Of a stretch of 64,000 nucleotides of DNA, positions 29,798-39,499 are shown piece by piece; the stretch's first letter is position 1, and the number at the start of each line of letters is the position of its first letter. Position numbers and translations under genes: made by a program. The stretch is from Planctomycetota bacterium (lineage in GTDB: Bacteria; Planctomycetota; JAJSAM01; JAJVHW01). The DNA is taken from contig CBDFJG010000003.1 in assembly GCA_965248445.1 (NCBI GenBank), forward strand, positions 928,001 through 992,000. The letters run 5' to 3'. The notes under the pieces were generated by a model, which was given only the letters and a program-made list of their open reading frames with translations, was not told where the DNA came from and did not search any database.

Positions 29798-29969
29798 AGC
29801 ACCCGCTGCCTGCCCGGCTGCGAGGTGAGGGAGGGTGCGGCGCAAGCCGCATCCCAAGCGTCCTGCGGACGGTTGGGAACGAGCGAACGCGAGGCGGCGG
29901 CCACCGGCCGACGACGAGTGTGACGATCAGACACTGGGTCACTCGCGTCTGCGAGTGGCAGCAACACGC

Positions 29970-30059
29970 GGAGGGATGCCGGAGCGGTCGAACGGGCGCG
30001 CTTGGAAAGCGCGTGTGCTTTAACGGGCACCCGGGGTTCGAATCCCCGTCCCTCCGCCA
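29970..30059 (+). tRNA. tRNA-Ser(GGA)
   Basis: Acceptor GGAGGGA/TCCCTCC, anticodon arm CGCGC-TTGGAAA-GCGCG, long variable arm, CCA. Confidence 0.96.
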
Positions 30060-30140
30060 CTAGATCAATCGGGCCGGCGCCACGTCGGAGGAGAATCACA
30101 TTCTTCTCAACGTCGGCCTGCGCTCCTTCGTCGCTCCGTC

Positions 30141-30163
30141 TCGAATCCCCGTCCCTCCGCCAC
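30141..30163 (+). repeat. 23-bp direct repeat of the tRNA-Ser(GGA) 3' end
   Basis: TCGAATCCCCGTCCCTCCGCCAC identical to 30038-30060. Confidence 0.9.
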
Positions 30164-30764
30164 ACGGCATGCGCGATGCGCAGCATCGCTCATGCCGTGC
30201 GGCTCCAGGTTATTGTTGTGCCCATCCGGCCGCCCGAAGTGGGGCGCCACGCGAGCGCGCACGCCGTCGGTCGGGTCGTCCGGGTGGCCTGTTGCGGCGT
30301 CATGGCGCTTGCTCCGCAACCGCCACGCCGCCTTCGCTTCGCGGGTGGCGCAGAACGCGGGCGAGGTCGCGCACGCCCAAGGCGCAGGCGAGGCGGTGCG
30401 TGTCGCGTGCGCCCACGCTTCGCGGGCACGAACGGTCCTCGATTCGCGTCATCGGGAAGCGGTGTACGCACGTCTTGAGGCTGGGATTCTCGGGGGGTTG
30501 CGCGCGGCGGATCTGCGGCGTACAGTCCTTGTAGAAAGACGACGATTGCGCGACTTGAATAGCGCGAACGCGTGGTTCTCGCCTCGCTTCGGGCAACGAC
30601 AAACCGTCACTACGCGCATCGTCGTCTTTCCCATTCGCGCAGCGCACGTCTTGCGCTTCGCTGGGGCCGCCTTTCACTTGTGCGTGGCCGGGTTTCGACA
30701 CCCGCGCGTCTCCACGGACCGTACTCTGTGCGCCGGATTCAGGCAGTCCGGCAGGAGAGCGCGC

Positions 30765-31937
30765 ATGCGGCCCGTGTACCTCGACAACAACGCCACGACG
30801 ACGCTGCTCCCCGAGGTGCTCGATGCGATGGATCCGTTCCTCGCCGGGCAGTTCGGCAACCCGATGACGTCACACCGTTTCGGCGAGGCACCGCGCACCG
30901 CCGTGGACGCCGCGCGCACCGCCGTGCGCCGACTCCTCGGCGACGAGAACGAGGATTTCCGCGTCATCTTCTGTTCGGGAGCGAGCGAAGCACTCAATCA
31001 CGCCATCAAGGGTCTCGCCTTCGCGTCCCTGGAGAACGGACGCGCCGGAACGCGGAAGCGAATCGTCATCGGCGGCATCGAGCACTACGCCTCGCGTCGC
31101 CCGGCGGAGTGGCTCGCGGACCGCTTCGGGTTCGAAGTCATCGAGGTCCCGCCGGACACCGACGGCGTGATCTCCGCGGAGGCGTTTCTCGCGGCCTCGG
31201 ATCCCTGCACCACACTGGCGGCCTCGCTGCACTGGGCGAACAACGAACTCGGGACGATCCAGCCGGTCGAAGAGGTCGGCCGTGCATGCCGCGCGCGCGG
31301 CGTTCCGTTTGTCTGCGACACCGTGCAGATGATCGGGAAGGCAGACGCCACCGGCGCGGCGAGTTTCTCGGATCTGATCACTCTCTCCGCGCACAAGTTC
31401 CACGGTCCCAAGGGCGCCGGGGCGCTGCTCGTCCGAGGTGACCTCGGACTGGACCCGCTCGTGCACGCGGCCGACCAGGAGGGCGGCGAGCGCGGCGGCA
31501 CACACAACGTGGCCGGCATCGCCGGACTGGGGGCCGCAGCGCAGCACGCGGCGACGAACTGGCGGCGCGACTCCGAGCGCTTGCGCGAACTGCGGGACGG
31601 CCTGTTCGCCTCCCTCGCGGCGCTGATCGACGGGATGCACTGGAACGGCCAGGGCGCAGCGCTGCTCCCGAACACACTGAACGTCTCGTTCGAGAGCTGC
31701 CCCTCGCACCTGCTCTGCGAGGAGATGGACCGGCGGGGGTTCGCCATCAGTGCGGGCGCCGCCTGCGAGTCCGGCCGCGTCGCCCCCTCCCACAACCTGG
31801 AAGCCATGGGGCTCCCGCCGGCCCGGTCGACCACCAGCGTCCGCATCTCGCTGGGCGCCGAGACCACGGCTCACGACATGGCGGCCGCAACCCCGGCGTT
31901 CGTGGAGGCAGTCGCGGCTGTCCGCGCCGCGATCTGA
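30765..31937 (+). CDS. Cysteine desulfurase (IscS/NifS type)
   Basis: YLDNNATT, NNELGTIQP, SAHKFHGPKG (PLP Lys), SAGAAC (catalytic Cys). Confidence 0.9.
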   Translation: MRPVYLDNNATTTLLPEVLDAMDPFLAGQFGNPMTSHRFGEAPRTAVDAARTAVRRLLGDENEDFRVIFCSGASEALNHAIKGLAFASLENGRAGTRKRIVIGGIEHYASRRPAEWLADRFGFEVIEVPPDTDGVISAEAFLAASDPCTTLAASLHWANNELGTIQPVEEVGRACRARGVPFVCDTVQMIGKADATGAASFSDLITLSAHKFHGPKGAGALLVRGDLGLDPLVHAADQEGGERGGTHNVAGIAGLGAAAQHAATNWRRDSERLRELRDGLFASLAALIDGMHWNGQGAALLPNTLNVSFESCPSHLLCEEMDRRGFAISAGAACESGRVAPSHNLEAMGLPPARSTTSVRISLGAETTAHDMAAATPAFVEAVAAVRAAI

Positions 31938-32006
31938 AGAAGAGACTCCGGTCTCTCTCGTTTGGCTCCACGCGCACGCGGCGCGTACTCTCTCCCCGGA
32001 GGTTCG

Positions 32007-32630
32007 ATGCCGAAGAAGGTCGTCTCGATCGCAACACTCGTGGACATGCTGCGCGGCGCCGAAGGCGCGCCCATCACCACCAATCGCATTCGCGATCTCA
32101 TCGACTCGGTCCGCGTCGATGAGCGTTCGGCAAGCCAGTTCGTCCGGTTCGGCGACGACCACTACATGCGCCACCTGATTCACCGCGACGACTGGTTCGA
32201 CATCATGACGATCTGCTGGCAACCCGGTCAGGGCACGCCGATCCACACGCACAACGGGCAGCTCGGCTGGGCGGTGACGCTCGAGGGCGAGCTCGACTGT
32301 ACGGACTACCGATACATGGGTTGCGACCGGCCGGAGAACCAGAACGTGGCCGACATGGACTGCCTGTCGGGTGGGATGCAGGTCAAGCTCGACCCCGTGC
32401 AAGAGCTCAGCGTGACGCCGGGTGGCGCCATGAACGTGGTGCACAAGCAGGTCACGATCCACTCGCTGACCGCGCCGGCCGACGCCGACGAGGGCACCGT
32501 CTCGCTCCACATCTACTCCAAGCCGTTCGACTCCTGCGTCGTGTTCGATCAGGCCCGCGGCATGTGCCAGCGCAAGGAGCTCTGGTTCGACTCGGCGCCC
32601 GGCGGCTACAAGGTGCGGGTCCGAGCCTGA
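32007..32630 (+). CDS. Cysteine dioxygenase type I family (cupin)
   Basis: YMRHLI, CWQPGQGTPIHTH, IHSL, SLHIYS. Confidence 0.85.
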   Translation: MPKKVVSIATLVDMLRGAEGAPITTNRIRDLIDSVRVDERSASQFVRFGDDHYMRHLIHRDDWFDIMTICWQPGQGTPIHTHNGQLGWAVTLEGELDCTDYRYMGCDRPENQNVADMDCLSGGMQVKLDPVQELSVTPGGAMNVVHKQVTIHSLTAPADADEGTVSLHIYSKPFDSCVVFDQARGMCQRKELWFDSAPGGYKVRVRA

Positions 32631-32731
32631 CCAGCCTCGGTTCGGGCGGATCGCACGGGCAATACGGCTCACGTGCGCGGCCCTGCTGGTCTCGCTATCC
32701 TCGACACCCACAATCCAGGGGTCTCACGCAC

Positions 32732-34654
32732 ATGGGCGAGCACGACGTCAACACGGAAGTCACCGAGGCGGAGCTGCGCGAATTCACCGCAGCTCTCCTC
32801 GACGACGTCCGCGCACTCGGACGCATGCTCGACGAGGGGATCTTCGAGACCGGCGCGCGACGCATCGGCGCTGAGCAGGAGATGTTCCTCGTCAACAAGG
32901 CGTTCCGCCCCGCGCCGCTGGCTCTCGAGTGCCTCGAGCTCATCGGCGACGACGCGTTCACGACAGAACTCGCGCAGTTCAACCTGGAGGTGAACCTGCC
33001 CGTCTACGAGTTCGAGGGCGACGTGCTCTCGCGGATGGAGAGGGAACTGCGTGAGAAGTGTGAGGGCGCGCTCGAGAAGATCGCGCCCCTCGGTGCCAAG
33101 GTCCTCCTGACCGGCATCCTGCCGAGCCTTCGCCAGTCTGACCTGGGCCTCGAGAACATGACCCCGATGCCGCGGTACTACGCGCTGAACAACGCGATGG
33201 TGCGGCTGCGCGGCGGCGAGTTCGAGATGCGGATCAAGGGCATCGACGAACTCTACGCATCGCACGACAACGTGATGCTCGAAGCGTGCAACACCAGCTT
33301 CCAGCTGCACTACCAGGTGTCGCCCGAGGAGTTCGCGCCGATGTACAACCTGGCGCAGCTCATCACCGGGCCCTGTCTAGCGCCGGCGGTCAACTCTCCG
33401 TTCATGCTCGGGAAGCGGTTGTGGCACGAGACACGCGTCGCGCTCTTCCAGCAGTCCGTCGACGGGCGCAGCACGGCGAAGCAGATCCGTGGCGGGCGGC
33501 CGCGCGTGCACTTCGGCGACCAGTGGATCGACGAGTCAATCCTCGAGATCTTCAAGGAGGACGTCGCGCGGTTCGGCGCGTTGCTCTCCGTCGAGCTCGG
33601 CGAGAACTCGCTCACCATGCTCGATCGCGGCGAGATCCCCGATCTGCGGGCGCTGCGCCTTCACAACGGCACGATCTACCGCTGGAACCGGCCGTGCTAC
33701 GGCGTCCATCAGGGCAAGGCGCACATGCGCATCGAGAACCGCACGCTGCCCGCCGGGCCGACGATCGTGGACGAGATGGCCAACACGGCGCTCTTTTTCG
33801 GCCTCATGGCGGCCGGTCCCGAGCAGTACAGCAACCTGCGCGACCGCATCGGGTTCGACGACGTGAAGGCGAACTTCGTGGCGGCCGCGCGTCTCGGGAT
33901 GAAGGCACAGTTCACGTGGCTCGACGGGGTCCAGATCCCGGCGGGCGAGCTTCTTCTTCGCGAGCTGATCCCGCTGGCACGGCAGGGGCTCGCCGACCGC
34001 GGAGTGGACACGCACGACGTGGACCGATACCTCGGCGTGCTGGAGGACCGCGTGAAGTCCGGCCGCACCGGAGCACAGTGGGCACTCGACTCGTTCGCAC
34101 GCCTGGGCGATCACGGCACGCTCGACGAGCGAATGCGCGCGCTGACGCACGCAACGCACAAGCGACAGGTGAGCTCCGAGCCCGTGCACACATGGGACCT
34201 CGTCGACCGCAGCGAAGCGCCGGACTGGCGCTTCTCCTACGAGACGGTCGGGCAGTTCATGACGACGGATCTCTTCACCGTCCGCCCCGGGGACATCGTC
34301 GACCTGGCGGCGAACGTGATGGATTGGGAGCGTATCCGGCACATCCCCGTCGAGAACGACGACGGCACGCTCGTCGGCCTTGTCTCCCACCGCACGCTAT
34401 TGCGCCTGCTCGCCAAGGGTTACGGCAAGAGTCCCGAACCGACGTCGGTCGAGTCCGTGATGAAGAAGGACCCGATCACCGTGTCTCCAGACACTCGTAC
34501 GATCGACGCCATCCGGCTCATGCGTAACAAGCAGGTCGGCTGTCTGCCCGTGATCGACCGCGGCCGGCTCGTCGGGATCATCACGGAGCGCGATCTGATC
34601 GACATCTCGGCCAACCTGCTCGAAAACCACCTGCGTGAGGCCCTCGAAGGGTGA
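32732..34654 (+). CDS. Glutamate-cysteine ligase (GCS2)-like protein with C-terminal CBS pair
   Basis: IGAEQE, TELAQFNLE, TSFQLH, NSPF, RIENR; CBS motifs IRHIPV and VGCLPV...LVGIITERD. Confidence 0.85.
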   Translation: MGEHDVNTEVTEAELREFTAALLDDVRALGRMLDEGIFETGARRIGAEQEMFLVNKAFRPAPLALECLELIGDDAFTTELAQFNLEVNLPVYEFEGDVLSRMERELREKCEGALEKIAPLGAKVLLTGILPSLRQSDLGLENMTPMPRYYALNNAMVRLRGGEFEMRIKGIDELYASHDNVMLEACNTSFQLHYQVSPEEFAPMYNLAQLITGPCLAPAVNSPFMLGKRLWHETRVALFQQSVDGRSTAKQIRGGRPRVHFGDQWIDESILEIFKEDVARFGALLSVELGENSLTMLDRGEIPDLRALRLHNGTIYRWNRPCYGVHQGKAHMRIENRTLPAGPTIVDEMANTALFFGLMAAGPEQYSNLRDRIGFDDVKANFVAAARLGMKAQFTWLDGVQIPAGELLLRELIPLARQGLADRGVDTHDVDRYLGVLEDRVKSGRTGAQWALDSFARLGDHGTLDERMRALTHATHKRQVSSEPVHTWDLVDRSEAPDWRFSYETVGQFMTTDLFTVRPGDIVDLAANVMDWERIRHIPVENDDGTLVGLVSHRTLLRLLAKGYGKSPEPTSVESVMKKDPITVSPDTRTIDAIRLMRNKQVGCLPVIDRGRLVGIITERDLIDISANLLENHLREALEG

Positions 34655-35820
34655 CCGTAGAGGTGTCACCCCCTGCGGAATCACGCCTCTCCGAGCGCCT
34701 CATCGGGCGCTACGGAGGGGACCTCGACGGGCCGACCCTGATCGTCTGCGGCGGCTTGCACGGAAACGAGCCGAGTGGGGCCGACGCATCGGAGCGCGTG
34801 CTGGCCGAACTCGAGGAGACGCGTCCCACCGTGCGCGGCCAGATCCTGTTCGTGCGGGGCAACCTGGCGGCCCTCGACGCGCGGTGCCGCTACGTGGACC
34901 TCGACATGAACAGGGTCTGGAGCGACGCCCGCGTCGGCGTGCTGCGCGTTGGAGGTGACATCGGGCACACGTCCGAAGACCGCGAGCAGGCGGAGCTGCT
35001 CGATCTCCTGGACCGTGCGGTCCGCGCCGGGACGGGACCCATGACGGTCCTCGACCTCCACACGACGTCGTCGGAGAGCCCGCCCTTCGCGATCTTCAGC
35101 GACACGCTCGAGAACCGCGTACTGGTGCTCGCCCTCGGCGTGCCGGCGATCCTCGGACTCGAGGAGCGCGTAGACGGCACGCTGCTCGACTTCGCCACGC
35201 GGGAAGGACATCGCTCCTTCGTCGTCGAGGGCGGCGGACACGACGCACCCGCATCACGCGAGAACCACGTCGCAACGATCTGGCTGACCATGATATCCAC
35301 CGGCGTCATCGACGAGGAGCACGTGCCGCGAGCGAGGGCCTCCCGCGAACAACTGAAGCAGGCCTCATCCGGCGCGCCCCCCGTCTCGGAGATCCGCTAC
35401 CGCCATCGAGTCACGGACGAAGGCGGCTTCACGATGAAGCCCGGGTTCCGCGGGTTCGACGCGGTCACGGCCGGCCAGGTCGTGGGATCGGACGGACGCG
35501 GCGACGTCCGCGCGCCCGAAGCGGGACGCCTGCTGATGCCGCTCTACCAGCGACAGGGCCGGGACGGCTTCTTCGTCGTCCGCAGCGTGTCGCCGTTCTG
35601 GCTGACCGTCTCGCGCTGGCTCCGCGCGGTTCGCTTCGATCTCGTGCTGCTCGTGCTGCCGGGAGTACAGCGCGACTCGGCGAATTCGCAGGTGATCGAG
35701 GTGGACCCACGGATCGCCCGACTGTTCACGGTCCGGCTGTTCCACCTCGCCGGATACCGCGGCCGCGGACGGCGCGGACGCAAGCTGCTGTTCGCCCGAC
35801 GCGTCCTCGGACACCGCTGA
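34651..35820 (+). CDS. Succinylglutamate desuccinylase/aspartoacylase (M14-like) family protein
   Basis: GGLHGNEPSG, DMNR, LDLHTTS; overlaps the upstream stop (GTGA). Confidence 0.85.
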   Translation: MTVEVSPPAESRLSERLIGRYGGDLDGPTLIVCGGLHGNEPSGADASERVLAELEETRPTVRGQILFVRGNLAALDARCRYVDLDMNRVWSDARVGVLRVGGDIGHTSEDREQAELLDLLDRAVRAGTGPMTVLDLHTTSSESPPFAIFSDTLENRVLVLALGVPAILGLEERVDGTLLDFATREGHRSFVVEGGGHDAPASRENHVATIWLTMISTGVIDEEHVPRARASREQLKQASSGAPPVSEIRYRHRVTDEGGFTMKPGFRGFDAVTAGQVVGSDGRGDVRAPEAGRLLMPLYQRQGRDGFFVVRSVSPFWLTVSRWLRAVRFDLVLLVLPGVQRDSANSQVIEVDPRIARLFTVRLFHLAGYRGRGRRGRKLLFARRVLGHR

Positions 35821-36001
35821 CCTCGGACAGGCGCGTGTGCAGCCCGCTTCGTTCACCAGGATTGCGCGGGCAGCAAGGACGTTCGCAACGGAGTGGAGTC
35901 CGTGCCGACGCCGGCCTACTCGGCGCCGTGCGAGGCGAGCCAACGCAGAGATCGCGCGCACCGCGAAGCGTCAGGCGCGTGATCCTGGTGAACGACGCGG
36001 G

Positions 36002-36406
36002 CTACCGGTAGTCGAAGCGGAACTTCTCGGTCGGCGCGCGGTCGACGCGGATGAGCTTCGATCTGGCGGTCGCGATGACGGCGTTGCGCATCTTGCCGTC
36101 GCCGTCGCGGTACCAGAACGTGGTGGTCCCGTCGGCGGACGTCACGTCAATCAGGTCGCCGAAGTGCTCGGGCACGAAGAACACGTCCCGCCGCTCCCGC
36201 TCTTCCTTGACGGTCTTGGCGCCGCCGTCGGAGCGGAGCCGCGTCGCCATCGAGTAGATCTCCTTGACGTCACCCGCCCTGGTGGCGCCGCGCGTGTGCG
36301 GGGCCAACGGCGTGAGCTGCTGCGCGTCGGCCGCGCCGCCGCCTCCTAGCAAGAGCACGGCCGCAGCGCCGACGCCGGCGGCGAGAATCAGGTCCAGAAT
36401 GCGCAT
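36002..36406 (-). CDS. Hypothetical secreted protein
   Basis: GGAGG RBS, signal peptide ending ADA-QQ. Confidence 0.6.
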   Translation of the reverse strand: MRILDLILAAGVGAAAVLLLGGGGAADAQQLTPLAPHTRGATRAGDVKEIYSMATRLRSDGGAKTVKEERERRDVFFVPEHFGDLIDVTSADGTTTFWYRDGDGKMRNAVIATARSKLIRVDRAPTEKFRFDYR

Positions 36407-36485
36407 GGGGCACCTCCGTAAGGGTCAGACGCGCGAGGAGCCCCGTCCTTACAGCAAGACCCGGACTTACAGCAGAGACTCGGCC

Positions 36486-37451
36486 TTACACGATGCCATG
36501 GGGAAGTTCGGCGCCCGTCAGACCGGCCAGCAGGTTGCGGGCGGCGATCTCGGCCATCTCGCCGCGGCTCCAGACGGTGGCGCTTCCGATGTGAGGAGTC
36601 ACGACCGCGTTCGGGAGTGCGAGCAGGGGGTGATCCGGAGGTAGCGGCTCGGGATCGGCCACGTCCAGACCGGCCGCGAAGATCTCACCGTCCGTGAGAG
36701 CGGCGACGAGCGCGTCGGTGTCCACCATCGCACCGCGCGCCGTGTTCACCAGCACGGCCGTCGGCTTCATGAGATCGAGTTCCCGCGCGCCGATCAGGCC
36801 GGTCGTCTCGGGCGTGAGAGCGCAGTGCAGCGAGACGAAGTCGCTCTCGGAGAGCAACTCGTCCAGCGAGACATGCCGGGCGGCCATCTCCCTCTCGACG
36901 GCCGGCTTCGGCGACGGCCCCGCGTAGAGGACGCTCATCCCGAACCCGAAGTGGCAACGGGACGCGAGCGCCGATCCGATGCGCCCCATCCCGACGATGC
37001 CGACGACGGCACCCACGAGATCCTGGCCGCGCAGCCCGCGCGGTTCCCAGGTGCGCCACGCGCCCGACTTCACGTTGTCGACGGCCTCCGGCAAGCGCCG
37101 GGCCGCGGAGATCAGCAGACAGAATGCTAGGTCCGCGCTCGCCTCGGTGAGCGCCCCCGGGGTGTTCCCGACGGCGATCCCTTGCTCGCGGGCGGCCTCG
37201 AGATCGATGTTGTCCACCCCCGCCGCGTACTGGCTGATCACGCGCAGATCCGGGCACGCCTCGATCAACTCGCGGTCGATCCGGTCCGACAGCATCGTCA
37301 GGAGCCCCGCCGCGCCGACCGACCGCCGCCGCAGGTCGTCGTACTCCGGGGGCTCGGATTTCGGCCACACGTCGAGCTCACACTGCTCCGCCAGCAGGTC
37401 GAGCCCCACCTGAGGGATACGACGGGTGACGAACACGCGCGGGAGTGCCAT
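36486..37451 (-). CDS. D-glycerate dehydrogenase/glyoxylate reductase
   Basis: GVDNID, GIVGMGRIG, NTARG, AGLDV, TPHIGSAT. Confidence 0.9.
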   Translation of the reverse strand: MALPRVFVTRRIPQVGLDLLAEQCELDVWPKSEPPEYDDLRRRSVGAAGLLTMLSDRIDRELIEACPDLRVISQYAAGVDNIDLEAAREQGIAVGNTPGALTEASADLAFCLLISAARRLPEAVDNVKSGAWRTWEPRGLRGQDLVGAVVGIVGMGRIGSALASRCHFGFGMSVLYAGPSPKPAVEREMAARHVSLDELLSESDFVSLHCALTPETTGLIGARELDLMKPTAVLVNTARGAMVDTDALVAALTDGEIFAAGLDVADPEPLPPDHPLLALPNAVVTPHIGSATVWSRGEMAEIAARNLLAGLTGAELPHGIV

Positions 37452-37474
37452 GGGCGGAGTGTAATGGCCGTCCC

Positions 37475-38167
37475 ATGCACGACTGGCAGTCCCCGGACAC
37501 GGCCACCGCCGTCGCGGCCGCAATCGCCGCAGCCGACGCGGCGGATTGCGCGGCGCGGGCGATCGCCTGCGACGACACGACGCTGCGGATCGGCGGCTCC
37601 GTGTTCTCGCGCAAGGACGTGAGCCGAGTGCACTTGGTGGCCGCGGGCAAGGCGGCTGAGCGCATGGCCTCGGGCGCCCACTCCGCGCTGGAACGCAAGA
37701 TCCCGGTGTCGGGGACGATCCTGACGCTCCAGCACGGAAGCGACGGGTATCGACTCGGCCCGTTCCGGCTCGAGCGAGTGCGGCCGCTGAAGTGGAATCT
37801 CCCGACGGCCCACGCCGCGTTGGCGACGCGGCGTGTTCTCGAAGAGGTTGCAGCCCTTGACGACGATGCAGTGCTGCTCGTGCTCCTGACCGGCGGAGCG
37901 TCCGCGATGCTCTGTGCGCCGCGTGCCCCCGTAACGCTCGAAGACTGCGTTGCGACGACTCGTACGATGAACGCGGCCGGCGCTCCCATCGATCTGTTGA
38001 ACGCCGTGCGCCGTCGAATCGACGACGCAAAGGGAGGAGGGCTGGCCGCCGCCGCGAGCGGCGCGCACGCAGCGGTCGGCCTGCTTCTGTCCGACGTTGA
38101 CGGAGACGATCCCGCGATCATCGGTTCGGGCCCGCTCGTGCCGTTACGACCATGGGTATCGGGTTGA
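37475..38167 (+). pseudogene. Glycerate 2-kinase (GckA/TtuD-like, DUF4147) N-terminal part, ending in IS1595; MOFRL domain absent
   Basis: AAGKAA, LLTGGASAM, LNAVRR..D.AKGGGLA, LSDVDGDDPAIIGSGP; frame runs into the IS end. Confidence 0.7.
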
Positions 38168-39197
38168 CGACCGTAGCCACTAGATGTAGTGTCTGTGCCC
38201 TGTGGCGCGCCCCGGCTACCCTGGCAGCATCCTGGAATTCACGCGCCAGTTCGCCACCGAGCAGCAGTGCTTGGACTACGTCGTGCGCTGCCGTTGGCCC
38301 GATGGGTTTCGCTGCCGACGTTGCGGCGGCGCGAAGTCGTGGCCGCGCCCCGACCGCAAGGGACTGCGCTGCGCGGCGTGTGATCTGATCACGTCGGTCA
38401 CCGCCGGGACGGTCATGCACCACAGCCGGCTGCCGCTGCGCACGTGGTTGTGGGCCGCGTACATGGTGTCTACCGACAAGCGCGGCGTCTCAGCACTCGC
38501 GCTCCAGCGCCAGTTGGGGTTTGGCTGCTACGAGACAGCCTATCAGCTGCTGCAGAAACTGCGGACCGCGATGGTCGCTCCCGAGAGGCGCCCGCTCCAC
38601 GGCGTCGTGGAGGTCGATGAGACATTGATCGGCGCGCCGTACCGCGGCCGCCCCGAACGCACGCCTTTGGACAAGGCCGTAGTCGTGGGAGCAGTCGAGG
38701 TGCGCCCGACGAAGAAGGGCGGTCTGCAGCCCGGCCGCGCGCGACTGCGGCACGTGGCCCGCGCGAAGAAAGAGAAACTGATCGGCTTCGTGAAGGATGT
38801 CGTCGAGCCGTCGTCGCTGGTGGTCACCGACGGCCATGAGACGTACGCAGTGCTCGAGGAAGCGGGCTATGAACACGGTGTGGAATCAACATCGATCGGC
38901 GATGCGCAGGCCGACGTCCTGGGGCACCTCCACATGGTCTTCGCCAACCTGAAGACGTGGCTGTCGGGGACCCACCACGGTGGCGTATCGAAGAAGCACC
39001 TGCAGCGCTACCTCGACGAGTTCGTCTTCCGCTTCAACCGTCGCAAGACGCCGCAGGCCGCGTTCCAGACCCTGCTCGGGATCGCCGCGAAGGCGCCTCC
39101 GCACGGCTACGGCGACGTCTACGCCGGAGAGCGCGTGCGAGGCCGGACGCCACACCACAAGATGTAGGGGGTACGGTCGTTATCCCGATACCCATGG
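38150..39197 (+). mobile_element. IS1595-family insertion sequence
   Basis: IRs CCATGGGTATCGGGTTGACGACCGTA vs CCATGGGTATCGGGATAACGACCGTA (24/26). The outer CCATGG/CATG could be target duplication instead of IR. Confidence 0.88.
38202..39167 (+). CDS. IS1595-family transposase
   Basis: RWPDGFRCRRC...CAAC Zn ribbon, VEVDET, VTDG, HLQRYLDEFVFRFNRR. Confidence 0.93.
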   Translation: MARPGYPGSILEFTRQFATEQQCLDYVVRCRWPDGFRCRRCGGAKSWPRPDRKGLRCAACDLITSVTAGTVMHHSRLPLRTWLWAAYMVSTDKRGVSALALQRQLGFGCYETAYQLLQKLRTAMVAPERRPLHGVVEVDETLIGAPYRGRPERTPLDKAVVVGAVEVRPTKKGGLQPGRARLRHVARAKKEKLIGFVKDVVEPSSLVVTDGHETYAVLEEAGYEHGVESTSIGDAQADVLGHLHMVFANLKTWLSGTHHGGVSKKHLQRYLDEFVFRFNRRKTPQAAFQTLLGIAAKAPPHGYGDVYAGERVRGRTPHHKM

Positions 39198-39298
39198 GCG
39201 GCCCTGCTTTCGTTCTGAGCGCTCGGCGGGGCGGGAGTAGGATTCCGCGCCCCTGAGATCGCGTCGCGGTCGAGGGGGAGTCGTCGTCCGAATTCCAT

Positions 39299-39374
39299 GC
39301 CTCCTTAGCTCAGTCGGTAGAGCAACGGATTCTTAATCCGTGGGTCCGAGGTTCAAATCCTCGAGGGGGTACCA
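39299..39374 (+). tRNA. tRNA-Lys(CTT)
   Basis: TAGCTCAGTCGGTAGAGC D arm, ACGGA-TTCTTAA-TCCGT anticodon arm, GGTTCAAATCC, ACCA end. Confidence 0.95.
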
Positions 39375-39385
39375 ACCAACGCCGA

Positions 39386-39412
39386 GAGGCCGGGAGCGCT
39401 GCTCCCGGCCTC
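39386..39412 (+). terminator. Hairpin after tRNA-Lys
   Basis: GAGGCCGGGAGC-GCT-GCTCCCGGCCTC. Confidence 0.55.
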
Positions 39413-39499
39413 GTTGCGTTGGTTGGGTGTCCTTTGGCTCGTCTTCTGACGAAGACGAGGCGGTTGGGGCGAACCCTGCTTGCCGTCGTCGTTGCGTTG

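Noticed and set aside
30115..30125. GGCCTGCGCTC shared with 23881-23891
   Set aside because: An 11-bp GC-rich match is too weak to call a repeat family without a genome-wide search.
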